DNA from: Tubiluchus corallicola
Lineage: Eukaryota > Animalia > Priapulida
NCBI GenBank assembly: GCA_030141605.1
Contig: JAQGDQ010000993.1
Location: 1 to 64,000, forward strand
Direction: 5' to 3'
DNA length: 64,000 nucleotides
Of this stretch, positions 1-22,907 are shown one piece after another. Both the position numbers and the translations under genes were made by a program. The notes under the pieces were generated by a model. That model was given only the letters and a program-made list of their open reading frames with translations, did no database searches and had not been told where the DNA came from. Each line of letters opens with the position of its first letter. Position 1 is the first letter of the stretch.

Positions 1-793
1 GGTGTAACTTTTTAATAAAACACGTTGTTTATTTATTTATGTTTTAAAAAGTGGTTAATATTTAAATGTGTATGCAGTAAGGGCTAAGCTTCTAGTATTA
101 CTAGATAGAATATGCAACTGTATCATAAAACTGAAAAGCAAACAAACTGCTTTAGGTTGACACTTTGCAGTATTGAGAAGTAGCATAAAAAACTAAGTCA
201 ATTTGGTCTGCACCAAAGCAGATGGCAGGATCTATTACTGTGTACCATACTATAAAGTATAAATCTATATTTGCCTAAAATACTAGAACACCAGCTAGTA
301 CTTTTCCATAATATTTGCAAGATGGCTCAGTAAGCCACAGGTGCATATTATTATCATAAAAGCAATCCTACTGAGAATTGCAAGGATGGCAGTTACACAA
401 TCTCAAGTCAGTAAACAGCCTATGAAAAAATTCCAAGTAATGACACTGGGCCAACACTCATCAGTAGACCCATCAGAAATGTGACCGTAATAAATAAATT
501 AAGAAGCTGAGTGACACACTGTAAATGTAACATACATGTCAATATTGCAATTATACAAAACCGATTGTTTAACCACACAATTTGTAATGTGTTTCATGGG
601 CTGCATGCATTTTACTAACAGGTAATGTGGAAAAAACCATCAGCTACATTACCTGAAAATACTGAACAGCCGAAGAATCGTCAGTCCTCTCTGTAAATAC
701 CGACGGTTTACTACCTTCTCGTCTGAATGGAGATATAGTATTGTGAAACGATCCAAAATCTACAAAATCATAAATAAATCTGAAAAACTGGTT

Positions 794-1480
794 CATAAAT
801 AAAGTGCTTGAGGTGCAGCTTTTTAGCACTTATTTTGTCATCTCTCATTGCTCTATTTTAGGTGTACAATGCTTCCAACAGGTATTAAACCAGATTAAAC
901 TAAAACATCTAAATTTGAGACCTCAAACCTTATCCTGAATCACCAGTTTTTATCAATTTGGGGACATCTTGACAGTACTTACCATTTGTTTATGGTACAA
1001 GCCCACAGTTAATTAAAATTTGATACAAACTCCAAAGATAAGGAAATACAACCTGTATTCGAACCAGGAACCCGTGGCTTACAAGACCGATACCAGAATA
1101 ATCAATCCACACTGTTTCCGCATAATTATAGTAGTCCATCTGTACGTATAGCTAGTCAATGTTTTAGAATGTGTTCCATTTCCAGGTTGTGTTCAACTAT
1201 TAACATTTCCTGTCCTTGGAGTTTGGTATCAAAATTTAATTTATTGCACCATCAACAGTGATAAGCACTCTCAAAATGTCATCAAATTGATAAAAACTGG
1301 TGATTCCAGGATAAAGTTTGAGGTCTCAAACTTAGATCTTTCTCAGGTTAATACAATTACTGGACAGTAGTTTAATATGGTTGTCCACAGTTTACTGTTA
1401 AGTTTAAAAGCATAAAACAGGGTAATGAGAGATGACAAAATAAGTGCCGAAGGGTTGCACATTATAGTGCTTTATTTATG
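794..1480. mobile_element. Long imperfect foldback/MITE-like element
   Basis: About 794-1047 pairs with about 1205-1480 (e.g. gagacctcaaac-ttatcctg-aatcaccagtttttatcaatttg and its reverse complement at 1284-1327). The centre holds a tRNA-like piece. Confidence 0.75.
1051..1110 (-). pseudogene. Degenerate tRNA-derived (Thr-TGT-like) fragment/SINE head
   Basis: Reverse complement contains a ggtcttgtaagcc loop and a GGTTCGAAT B box; no intact cloverleaf. Confidence 0.45.
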
Positions 1481-1712
1481 CACCATAATAGCTTGTTACT
1501 GTTCGTACCATCAAAAACGACAATCTTGACATTAAGATGATAAGTAGGTGATTATTTTACCCATGGAAATTTCAGGCTCCAAATTAATCAAAAAGGAAAA
1601 TCATCTAATTAGTTAGAATCACTTTAATGTGAGCGAACTAACACTGGAAATACTGAAATGGTCGACACCCTACATGGGATAAAGGTTGGAGTGCCATAAT
1701 CACCAAGAAACA

Positions 1713-1775
1713 TGGTGACCTAGTGGTTATGATGTTGACCTTATAAGCTAAGGTCACCGGTTCCAATCTAAGCTG
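1713..1775 (+). pseudogene. Degenerate tRNA-derived fragment
   Basis: A-box-like tgacctagtgg and B-box-like ggttccaatc at tRNA spacing. Confidence 0.4.
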
Positions 1776-2870
1776 TGTTCCAACATTTCAGTTTGTTATC
1801 AACATCTAATTTATTGTGGGTTTGTACCATCATTAATGGAAATCTTGACATTAAGATACCAAATAATTGTTTACTATTGTTTACCACTGTATACGATGTT
1901 TCGCTCATTCAGTGGCAAAAAATTGGAAAAAACGGTGCCAAGTTCGTGCAAAAACAAGGATTAAACAAAAGTGGAAGAAAATTCCTCTACTAACACAAGT
2001 GGAAAATCTGAATCAACATCAAACTATATTTACCTTTTTGGGAGGAAAACTTTACAAGGAGACTGTGATCATGAACTGTGAAAAGGTAACCAATGTGTCC
2101 AACCCGACAGCACTCCAAATTCTTGTGAACTGTAAATGATGCTGCAACGGCATCTCCTAAAAATGTTGGGCTATCAGTATGCTGATATGTAACTGGTACT
2201 GCATGTACAGCAATTACATGCACACAGTTTTAGTTCAGAAGTGTTCAGTTGTGACATAGAGCTCATGTGTGAGCACAGTGATAAACTCAAAATTTGCATT
2301 TTAAACTTGAACTTCAACTTAACACTGCACTTTACAAAGACGTACACCTCACACTTTCGCAAAGATGTGCAACATGCTCGTGGGATGCTTGTACTATGTT
2401 CAGTTGTGATATCATCACAAGTTTAGCTCACCTGTCATTAATCAAGTTTTTAACCTACTATTAAAAACAAATTCCCTCGCATTTCTGCGACAATGTATAT
2501 GCAGAGATATGTACTGACATTTTTGGTCGGCTAAGGGTTAATTAATACCTGCAGAACACTGTACACTGTGCACAGCTGTACGAAGATAAATTTGTCTATA
2601 TTTATTATCTACATGTATGTATTGAAATATGAACATATTTATAACTGTACATTTATATAAGCTTAAACTACACATATGCTTTTCACTTTATACCTGATAA
2701 CATAATTATTATATGAGTAATGTTATATTTTTTGTATTAAAAATGTGGAGCTCGTTGTTAAATGTTTAGGTATTTGGTTTTTCTGTCGTGCATTTTTATT
2801 ACTATTAATAAGAGATTCATTAGCCTGGTAGTCTGCAATAAAATAACCACGTCATGTAGACTGCCAGTAT

Positions 2871-3895
2871 TCTCTTCTCTTCTCTTCTCTTCTCTTCTCT
2901 TCTCTTCTCTTCTCTTCTCTTCTCTTCTCTTCTCTTCTCTTCTCTTCTCTTCTCTTCTCTTCTCTTCTCTTCTCTTCTCTTCTCTTCTCTTCTCTTCTCT
3001 TCTCTTCTCTTCTCTTCTCTCTTCTCTTCTCTTCTCTTCTCTTCTCTTCTCTTCTCTTCTCTTCTCTCTTCTCTTCTCTTCTCTTCTCGTCTCTTCTCTT
3101 CTCGTTCTCTTCTCTTCTCGTTCTCTTCTCCTTCTCTTCTCGTTCTCTCTTCTTCTCGTTCTCTTCTCTTCTCGTTCTCTCTTCTTCTCGTTCTCTTCTC
3201 TTCTCTTCTCTTCTCTTCTCTTCTCTTCTCTTCTCTTCTCTTCTCTTCTTCTTCTCTTCTCTTCTCTTCTCTTCTCTTCTCTTCTTCTCTTCTCTTCTTC
3301 TTCTTCTTCTTCTTCTTCTTCTTCTTCTTCTTCTTCTTCTTCTCTTCTCTTCTCTTCTTCTTCTCTTCTCTTCTCTTCTTCTTCTCTTCTCTTCTTCTCT
3401 TCTTCTTCTCTTCTCTTTCACTTTCTTGTTCCTTCTCTTCTCGTTCTCTTCTTCTCTTCTCGTTCTTCTTCGTTCTCTTCGTTCTCTTTTCTTCTCGTTC
3501 TTCCTTCTCTTCTCTTCTTCTTCTTCTTCTTCTTCTTCTTCTTCTCTTCTCTTCTCTTCTCTTCTCTTCTCTTCTCTTCTCCTCTTCTTCTTCTCTTCTC
3601 TTCTCTTCTCTTCTTCTTTCTTCTTCTCTTCTCTTCTCTTCTCCTTCTCGTTCTCTTCTCGTTCTCCTCTTCTCTTCTCTTCTCGTTCTCGTCTCGTCTC
3701 TTCTCTTCTCTTCTCTTCTCTTCTCTCCTCTTCTCTTCTCTTCTCTTCTCTTCTCTTCTCTTCTCTTCTCTTCTCTTCTCTTCTCTTCTCTTCTCTTCTC
3801 TTCTCTTCTCTTCTCTTCTCTTCTCTTCTCTTCTCGTTCTCCTTCTCGTCTCTTCCCTTCTTTTCTCTTCTTTTCTCTTCTCGTCTCTTCTCTTT
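2871..3895. repeat. ~1 kb (TCTTC)n polypyrimidine microsatellite
   Basis: Direct reading; source of the spurious SSLLF/RREEK ORFs. Confidence 0.97.
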
Positions 3896-4559
3896 TCCAG
3901 TCAGATTTGTTACCATCTCTGTAACAATATTTATATAATACGTTCTGGCAGATTTCGCTAATTTTTTATACCACGATCTTTCACAGTCATTGTTGATTTG
4001 CAGTCTTAGTATTTCTGATGTTAATCTGCCCAGTTTACCCATTATAAATTTCTATAAAATGCGAATCTCTTATAATTTACTATTTTTGCCTCCCCTTCCT
4101 CCACTATCGTCTCCTCTCCACTTCTCTGCTCCCCTTCTCCTCGTCTCCTTTCCCTCCCATCTCCTCTTCTATTGCTTGATTACATTCTATTCTACTTCTG
4201 CTTTTGTATTTCTGTTTTTTCTAGCCTAATCTAATCTGATGTACGGTAATCCTTTAGTCTTCAACAGGTGGACTTGATGCATTTGTGGTCAATAGGAAAC
4301 CGCCAGTCGTGTGTTGCTTTTGGCTTTTAATTTACAATTTGCAGCTCACGGTAAAATTTAGGCACACAATTTTGCACCTGCGGGGCTTCTGCCTGTCCCA
4401 GCACCAGCGCTGAATACAAAATCCATATCTTTAATACCTAACAAACAAATACATGCAAATGTTTTCGAAAGTGTATACTTCGCAGCATTCTGCTTTGCAA
4501 CTTTTTGTTAGATTAGCTGCTTTGGTAACATTAGCTACGGGGCACTATTAACACAGTTT

Positions 4560-4865
4560 GTGCCCACCAGCATTTCGTGCCACGATTGTATTAATTCATG
4601 GCCAGCATTTCGTGTGCACGATTGTATTAATTTGTGGCCAGCATTTCGTGTGCACGATTGTATTAATTCATGGCCAGCATTTCGTGTGCACAATTGTATT
4701 AATTTGTGGCCAGCATTTCGTGTGCACGATTGTATTAACTCGTGCCCAGCATTTCGTGCACACGATTGTATTAATTCATGGCCAGCATTTCGTGCCACGA
4801 TTGTATTAACTGGTGGCCAGTATTTCGTGCACACGATTGTATTAATTCATGGCCAGCATTTCATG
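4560..4865. repeat. 36-bp minisatellite, ~8 copies
   Basis: Unit gtgcacgattgtattaattcatggccagcatttcgt. Confidence 0.92.
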
Positions 4866-5192
4866 TACATGGATTACACAAATTAAACATTTTTTCATCA
4901 TGTGCCTTCGGGGGTTCCGTACAGAATAAAAGATTGGGGAGGTGTTTGTATAATCTTTTTTCATCAGGCATTTGCAAAATTTGATATAATAATTGATGTT
5001 TATTAACAGAATACATATAACTGTATTATAATTTTGAATCTAACCCTTGTTAGACTCAGATATTTCTAATGACGTCACTCTAAGGGAAGAGTTTAACTTC
5101 TGTGCCTAAGATTTATGCCTTAGTATTTTCAGGCATGAATATGCTTGCATATATAAACCGCATTATTACAAGTGAATCAGCTTTACCATGAT

Positions 5193-14580
<9,388 letters not shown>

Positions 14581-15967
14581 GATTGCTGTAAAAGATGTTG
14601 CATCAACAGTGCATATCAAATTTGAGAAAAACAATGCACAAAAATATTGTTTCTTTTTTCAAACTTTTTATCTTGACTTGGAACGGTATTTGTATGATTT
14701 TCTTATTTTTGCACGGAAAAGAATCTTTTGTAAATAAAGCAGAAACTAGCTTGCTACAAAGTCACCATGGCAACAATTACACATGCAATGTATTCTGGGA
14801 AGTTATGACGTTTAATTTGAATATCAAAGTAATAATAATTCTGTATGTAGTCCTGGAGTCCTAAGCTCAAAACGAGGCCGGGATTTGCTCAGTCTGGTAA
14901 CTAATGGCGACTCTTAGCTAAAATTAGCAGGGGTTGCCGCAAAATTAAAAAACTTTTAACCATTGTTTTAATATTGTGTAAAACGAAACAAACGTATGCA
15001 ATTATAATGCCGTAATTGTAATTTTAAACAAATAAGCTAATTTAAACATAACCTTGATAAACTACTAAACAAAAAATATTGTTTTTTTACGAATAGCTTA
15101 AATTGTCGCAGTTCAAGAATATTACGATACACGCCTTTTAAACACGTGACAACTGACAAACGAGTACTGCAGTGAGCGACAGTACTCTTTCTACCTAAAG
15201 TACAGCGTCTGTCCTCAGATATGTGCGATGGCCGCATGCGCACAGCAGCCCAAACATCACGTTGCTTGGACTGTGAAGCAAATTGTACTTCCCTCACATG
15301 CTCCGGTTCCGCACAAGTGTAAAGAAAGAACTAAAGAAAGCAGATTATTATATTGAATATCATCGATAATAATGAATGAAAACAGGGGGCGCTGCAGTAG
15401 CACAGTACCTACACGCGAGCTGCCACTGCTGGCAACCAGTTTTTTTACTTATATTAACCACACTTAGATCACCAAATGCTAACCTAACCGACAGTTAGAC
15501 TGACCTAACAAACGAACTGATGATGAATTCGAACAGTTTGTACATCAGGATGTACGTCAACAGCTTTTTGCTTTAAATTCATTTGATTTGATTTACTTAA
15601 TTTTTCTTTTCGATATTTGATTTGGTATGGTCTATTTGTACTCTTTTTAAAATCAACGAGAAAACAGTGCTGCTGAAACAGTTACTGCTGCTTGCATATG
15701 CTTAATAGCCTACATTCATAAACCTAATACAATCAGTCATTGCAATCATAACAGTTAGGTCTATATTCAGCACACAAACTTCAGGTAGCTAATTTAAAAC
15801 ATCATTAAATGATAACTAATGTTGGTGTGTGAAAAATTTAAAAATACAATTTGCAATAGATCTCTTTATAATTTACTCAGCTTCAGGCCTAAAATATAAA
15901 TTGCACTGGTACAGAGATTAGAATAAAAAGATACAAATTATTTCAAAAGGTGATAACAAATACGAAT

Positions 15968-16347
15968 ACTGAAATAGTTAAATTGATACAAGAGATGATA
16001 TATTAATAAATAGTTACAATTCCCGACACAATTTAAATATCTTACACCTAACCCTAACTCTAACCCTAACCCTAACTCTGACCCTAAACCATGACTCTAA
16101 CTCTAACCCTAACCCTAAGCCACCCTAACCCAAACCCTAAGGCACCCTAACCTTAACATTAAGCTACTCTAACCCTAACCCTCCCTAACCATAACTACAA
16201 CCTTAACCCTAAGCCACCCTAACCCTAATCCGTGAACTCCATGACTAACTTCATGAACCCTAATAACTTCATGAACTTATCTCTTGTGTGTAGGGAATTG
16301 TAAACTTTACACTAAAGCATCTCTTGTGCCCATCTAACTATTTCAGT
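15968..16347. mobile_element. MITE with ~60-bp TIRs enclosing degenerate (TAACCC)n repeats (mirror 55708-56087)
   Basis: actgaaatagtta...caagagatg...ttacaattccc-acaca at 15968-16030 pairs with 16287-16347. The interior 16046-16230 is telomere-like. Confidence 0.75.
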
Positions 16348-17614
16348 GTGTTTATTTATTTATTATTAGGCACAAAAATATTTATAGGTATTAGTGCGTT
16401 AATAAAAAAAAAACAGCGAATAGGTTTGTACAAAAGTTCAGAGCAAAGAGCTACAGAAAAAAGCCACTTTGAGTTAAAAATTTGCAAATCTCAGTTAAAT
16501 CTGTGAGGCCACAGTTAAATCAGAGACGTTTCAAAAGAGGTAGATAGGCCTACATATCTATATATATATCTAAATATATATCTATAAATATCTATATCTA
16601 TATATCTAAATTGATAGGTTCGTCGATAGACCTACATTGTTTAATTCAGTAGGCCTATTTCAACTGACTTAATAAAATATTAGTGTCATGGCATGCCGGA
16701 TTTTCATGCAGACGGTCGAGTTCAAATCCCCGCAATAATTTTTTTGTAGGGAGGACTGAAAAAATCCCAATCTCCGTTGACAATGGAGAAGAAAGGGAAT
16801 TATTATTATTATTATTATAATTCTATATTTTTAAAAACTATGTACAGAATACATTCCCTCTATTTGTAGCAATATGTTTCAAATTTCTAAAAGCGTTTAC
16901 AACATATTAAACATATTCACTTATATATAATTTAGAATCCAACGCATGAGACACATTGAACGACAACAAATATACAATAGACATAGTTTAAAATTATAAT
17001 CCAACACTACATACATACATAATAAACAATAACTAACATATTTTAATACTTAGTAACAAAAATTTACACACATTATACACAATGACAAACAGCGAGTACA
17101 ATTATAATAAACATAATTACCAATTCTAATGTTAATTCGCATAATCATAAATAAAAACAAAACAGCATATAGAAAACACGACGAGAGTTGTAAAATTTCA
17201 TCACGAACAGACTATTTATATACAGGCGAAAGACGATAAAAATTTATCCGAGATAAGATTTGCAAAAGCTTTTATAGCATTATTAACCTGGCTAGAGAAA
17301 ACATAGTACGAATCTAACGTGCTAATAAAATCATTTCTTTTGGCTTGGCTTTCTAATATATATTCAAATAATAAATGATGTACAGACTGAGGGCTTAATA
17401 ACAGTTACATGTGCTCTATGAACTGTGGTAATTGTTCGCGAAGCTCATTCTGATGACGCGTTACTATAGTTACTGCATTGTACTAGAAATCATATTGTGA
17501 TTGCTAAACGTTCCAATATTTGAGCAGCTCAAACTTGCTTCTTCAACATGTCATATCGTTTTGAAAGTCATTTAAGTGCAACGACATCAACTCATTGACT
17601 TTTTTTACAACAAG

Positions 17615-19321
17615 ATGGAGGCATGTAAAGTTTCTTTAGGCTTATCTGCCATATTTGTTATTGTTGCGACGTACATCCAGCCAGGGTTTTCAGACTTCTG
17701 TGAGAAGATTGAATGTCCTCAATGCTTTCACGTCACGAATTATTACAATGAAGACAATTGTACTATATTCTGCAGGCCGAACCGTGAATATCTGTGCTCC
17801 ATTGGAATACCATTGCTTGAAGACCATTGCTTGACGTCTGGGGACCTTCAAAATATAGCTGATAAACTTCCTCAACCTATAAGCCACGTTTACATTGAAC
17901 GTTTAGACTGGGATGGTGGTCTGACTGGAGAAGGAGATGTTTTCTACATGAAATTTCCAGGCAAGTCAGTGAAATCATTAAATATAATACAAAGCAAATT
18001 CACTAAGTTGTATCAGCATTGTCTTGAGGGTACTATTGAAGAACTGAACTTCTCGTTTAACCATAATCTTGTACAGATACACCCAAAGGCTTTTGCTAAG
18101 GTAGATGGTCTGAGAACGCTGAAGATTCGATTTACCCACCCAAAACTGAAGATTCCTGCATTGGATTTGACTCAGAGTTTAAATTTCGAGCTTTTGTACG
18201 CAGAAGGGGTGAAGAGGATAAACAAACCTCAGCTACACGAGAGTGTACCCTCCTCTAATGTTACTGTAATAGTAAAAGGTAAGTCTCATCTTTCGCAAAT
18301 CAAAATGATAAAGTGTCTATGGTGAATCACTACATTTTGTAAAATTGTAAGAGAAGGAAACCTGTCGTCAAGTTGGTAGACAGTTTTTAGAGGTTTGGAG
18401 TAAGGAATACTAGACCAGAGTTAGGTATAGCCAAAATTTGTGAGAGATGTCGTAAAAACATATTCCTATTCTGAGCTCCAAACAGTTATGTGGTTGCGTG
18501 AGCAATCCCCTTAGCATCCGCCACGTTCTAGTCCATTGAGATCGCCATGAAAGTTTATAGGAACATATTTTAGAATAAGCTCCACATTCGATTGGCGTAA
18601 TCGTATTTTCGATCTACCATTTTGAGATTGAAATGGCAGCAGTAACATCATTTTTGAAAAGAGCTCAAGGCTCTGCCAAATCGCAGTGGATCATCACAAA
18701 ACTTTGCTGAGTTCGGGATTTTGATTTTCGGTCCAATGCTTCGAATTCAAGATGGCGACGTAACACCATTTTTGAAAAAAATCTAAGGCTCCGCCAACTC
18801 GTAGTCGGTTGTCATGAAGCTTTACTGAGATATACTAGAACAAATTCTGCATCGATTTTCCATTTGCCATCTTAAATTCAAGATGACGACATTGATGTCT
18901 TTTCAAGTATGTTAGCAGTCGTACGTGATCATTAGCGAACCAGCTTAATTCAGAAGGTGAACCATCGCATGAAATACATGGTAAAGTTGCTCCAGCTAAT
19001 AAACACAGTGAGTAACAGTCAGCAGAATGCGACGAAGCAAAACTTAAAAAATTTAACCAAATTCTGCTATTTTTTATAAAACACCGGTCTGTAAAGCTTT
19101 CAAAACTCTTCGCGTTGTTCATGACTCATTTAAATTACTCAGTACTCATTTGCTAACAAGGATTTCATTTTCAGGTTACCATCTGAAATGTGACAAGAAG
19201 CTTAGCTGGGCTATAGAGGAACACTTAAAATGGGAACCTAAATGGAACATAAGCATGACATGCGGTGAACCTAAACGTTTTTTTGGATTCGATTTGGCAG
19301 ATTTAGCTTGCCCAATTCTTG
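17615..19321 (+). CDS. Signal-peptide, Cys-rich N-cap, leucine-rich-repeat protein with LRRCT (3' end unresolved)
   Basis: Exon 17615-18278 has a MEACKVSLGLSAIFVIVA signal and LRR-like IEELNFSFNHNLVQIHPKAF...LRTLKI. It joins in phase 1 to exon 19175-19321 (GYHLKCDKKLSW...CGEPKRFFG, LRRCT-like). Possible next exon from 20475. Confidence 0.78.
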
Positions 19322-19763
19322 GTAAATGCATTCAGTAAATGCATTTTATTTTTAGAGAACCTTTTACTTTTTGTTGTATTACCAAAAAAACACTTTTATT
19401 ATTCGTTGTTTTATTTTTTAGAAAACATATTGTTTTAGAAACGTTTACCGTACAAAACAATTTTATCGTTTACTGTTTTATTTTACAAATTCTTTTTTCC
19501 TTTGTAATTAAATACAGTAATGTTAATTCAGTGACATGCCTATACCTGTTGTATACGCCAGCAATGTAATACTTTAATGTTCAAGCAATTTAATGTTTTC
19601 GTAAGTATTATGCGTTTTTTAAATATTTATTTTTTTAACTTGTTCACTTGTGGTTTAATGTTCGAAATAAATTAGATATAATAAAGATATCTGGTGCTTT
19701 TAAGCGAATTGCAAATCAACATTAAATCAATGAACACCTGTACTGGCAGTTTTTCAAATTGCT

Positions 19764-20437
19764 TTAAAGCCCAAGAAAACCCTCAACTTATATCAAGCTT
19801 CATATTTTATATCACTTGCATACTACCATTGTACATATTAGACTTGCGTCTGCTGTCATGCTGTATAAAACTTGTAAATTGAAACTCCCGCGATGACTGT
19901 TTTACGCAGCCATTTTGACGATAAGTTATTTGAAACCAATTTAGATAACATCTTGTAAAGTTTAAAAAAATAATCAGAGCATTCGTAGGGCACAAGTCAC
20001 TAACGGAATAAAATTTAAAATTACTGTATCTTGTCATTAAGATTAAAAACTAAGTTTTTGGTTAGTGAGTGGTGCACCCCGGAGGGTGAGTCAGCGACAT
20101 GGTACCAATTGCTGAAAATATTTTACATGATTAATAATTTTTTTCTAGTTACATAAGTCTTTCCCGCAGATAAGCGAAATGCTAAGTAATACGGATTTGC
20201 ATGGAAAGTTTTTTGGGACATAATTTAACATTTCCTTTTCTTCCCCTGATTTACCTGTTTTAGTGACGTCATGTAATGGTGCCGTCGGAACAATATTGCG
20301 CGAAATTTAAAATGCAATCAAACGAAAATTACTTTCAACACGAATACCATAGGTGCATAAAATTGCTATGAAGTAGTGTAATTTTTAAGGCAATTTTTCT
20401 GAAACTTATTTCAGGTATCCCTTTTCTTCTCCTTCAA
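19764..20437 (+). mobile_element. Diverged copy of the same Kolobok-like element (mirror at 51592-52265)
   Basis: Runs ttaa-agcccaagaaaa...ttttcttctcct-tcaa and shares internal blocks such as agtgagtggtgcaccc-ggagggtgagtca and ttcccctgattta with the spacer copy. Confidence 0.65.
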
Positions 20438-20650
20438 GGGTAAAAAGATAATGTTTTAGTTAATCCTGTTTTAGGAGATTCAGATAAAGACGATACAAGA
20501 ATTACATATGTACTGTATATTGCATAATCCCATCAAGCATCAAACAATTTTCTTCTTATATAAATAAAAAGGTATCTGCATCTTGATTACATACACTATT
20601 AATTAAATTTAAAACTAAACTTGAAAAACAAGAACTGTGAAAAAGTTGTA

Positions 20651-20720
20651 ACAGAACCAGGATTTGAACAAGGGACCTTCTGTTTACAAGACACGCTTTA
20701 CAAGATGTGCGCTAGACTAC
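20651..20720 (-). pseudogene. Degenerate tRNA-Thr(TGT)-like fragment (mirror 51309-51378)
   Basis: Reverse complement reads gtcttgtaaacagaaggtcccttgttcaaatcc. Confidence 0.45.
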
Positions 20721-20829
20721 GTACTCTCCAGCGGTTATAACAGTAGAAATAATTTCGTTCTTCACAACTGACCAACAAGGTAGACATTTCCAATGTTAGA
20801 TTGTTTACGATAGAGTGATTCTTACTAAG

Positions 20830-20980
20830 ATTCAAACACTGAACTCTGTCCACATGGTCCTTTAAAACACTAACATTCAAAAGAATCACATTCAATCACT
20901 GAACTCTGTCTACATGGTCGTTCAAAACACTTACATTCAAAAGAATCACATTCAAACACTGAACTCTGTCCACACGGTCC
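20830..20980. repeat. 60-bp tandem repeat, 2.5 copies (mirror ~51049-51199)
   Basis: attcaaacactgaactctgtccacatggtc repeated at a 60-nt period. Confidence 0.88.
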
Positions 20981-21267
20981 TTCCAAATTCTAACAAAACA
21001 CAAAACACAAGACAACGAGCTTCGTCTATATCATTTGCATCTGAAAAGGAAAACGAAATCAGAGGAAAAAGAATTTTTTGGGTAAAAAGTGGTTGCAGCA
21101 AACAAATGAAAGAAAACGTTGTTATCAGAATATATTAGAGAACTGAAAGCAGAAGTAGGACATTTTATTCAGATAACACCAAGTATGTTCGACCACTTGC
21201 TGGAAAATTTTCACTTCAATGTACAAGAATGACAATAGAAAGGGCAGACTCTCTTTCTCCCTCCCCC

Positions 21268-21534
<267 letters not shown>

Positions 21535-21837
21535 TTCCTCGCTCTGTTTCACACTTTCTCTCTGCATTTCTTTATAATTACGTAAAATCGGTAACGCCCC
21601 GTTTATACATAGGGCGGTTTCTCGCGAAGGAAAATTCCTTTCTCGCTTCGAATATGAAGCGGCTTTTGGTAGCTTCTACACCACTTTCAGAAATGACGTC
21701 GTTCGTTGTGAATGAAATGTTGACACTGTATTTACATAGACGAGATCGTGAAAAATTATGGTAGAAGACACATACATCAGTGTAGGAATTATTGCAAAAA
21801 ATGACCATTGTATGATGAAAAGTGTGAGTTGGAAGAA

Positions 21838-21839
<2 letters not shown>

Positions 21840-21930
<91 letters not shown>
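21840..21930. repeat. (GA)n microsatellite (mirror ~50099-50189)
   Basis: Direct reading. Confidence 0.95.
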
Positions 21931-21934
<4 letters not shown>

Positions 21935-22907
21935 GAGCACACAAACAGGAGGAAGACAGACAGAGAGAATCTCATGCAAATAATCAGAAAAGTTCTTTTG
22001 TAAAAGTTGTTTCTTGTACTATCTTTGTACTCAGTTAGGCGTTTATCATATAACATTGTATTCTCTTCCACTTACAATATTATTGTTTCAGTTTTTATCA
22101 GCCATTGTGCAATGTGCAGTTTATAAGCACGTATAGACCAGTAGAGATTTCTTTTTTCAGCTAACTGCCTTGCCGATTACGTATTAACAAAGCCCACTTC
22201 CGATTGCAATCTAGTGGGAAAAACGCGCGGTTTTTGTAAAAAAAATCGCTCAGAGAGCAATGAGTGCTGGAAACGGCGCGGGCGATTATTTGTCCCGCAT
22301 TGTGTATGAACAACGGCACCTGTAAAATCGTAGAGCAATTAAGAGGGGAAAACCCCGCGGTTTCCTGCCTTTTGTATAAACGGACGACAAGGCTATAATA
22401 TTTCTTTCGTGCTACATGTATTTGCGCGCACATATATTCTCTTTTCTAATCTCTTCCGTAATCCTAGCTCAAGCAAATTTCGGAATTGGACAGGATTTCA
22501 ATCCAGAAAATTGTTTTCTTGAAATTTATCAATGTATAAGGTTTCTGTTTTAATTGCGACATGTAACAAAACGCCGAAAGAAGACCTACACGACTTACGT
22601 TTTCCACTATATAAGAACTAATAGACTCAGTTAGCGTAACAGTCTGTTGTTGAGCAAAGCAGGCTTAATTCTGGGTTTTCAGGAGATAATATTCTGAACG
22701 ATTTCTCAAAAGCAATGTAACTAACATAACCACTTGGAAAATCGTGCCTTGTTTACTAAACATATGCTTTTCAAAACTTGCATCTTTATTGTGACATCTT
22801 TTCTTATGTTGTTTACAAACAGGAATAGGTGTTTTCATTTGGTTACATTGTTGGGGAAAAACATATTTTTATTGTTTTTACAGTGGCAGCCATTATTTTT
22901 TCATAAA

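Noticed and set aside
622-696. Possible terminal exon of an upstream + strand gene (tactaacag|...SSL stop)
   Set aside because: Short, no recognisable domain, and no partner exon in the window.
2762-4042. ~400-aa ORFs (SSLLF and RREEK repeats)
   Set aside because: These are translations of the (TCTTC)n microsatellite.
4535-4886. Repeat-protein ORFs on both strands
   Set aside because: The 36-bp unit is a multiple of 3 and open in several frames; I found no splice or domain support.
16046-16230. Telomere-fusion scar from breakage-fusion-bridge
   Set aside because: It is ~19 kb from the palindrome centre, degenerate, and enclosed by MITE TIRs.
16680-16735. Functional tRNA gene
   Set aside because: Only a B-box-like gagttcaaatccc is present; the stems do not form a cloverleaf.
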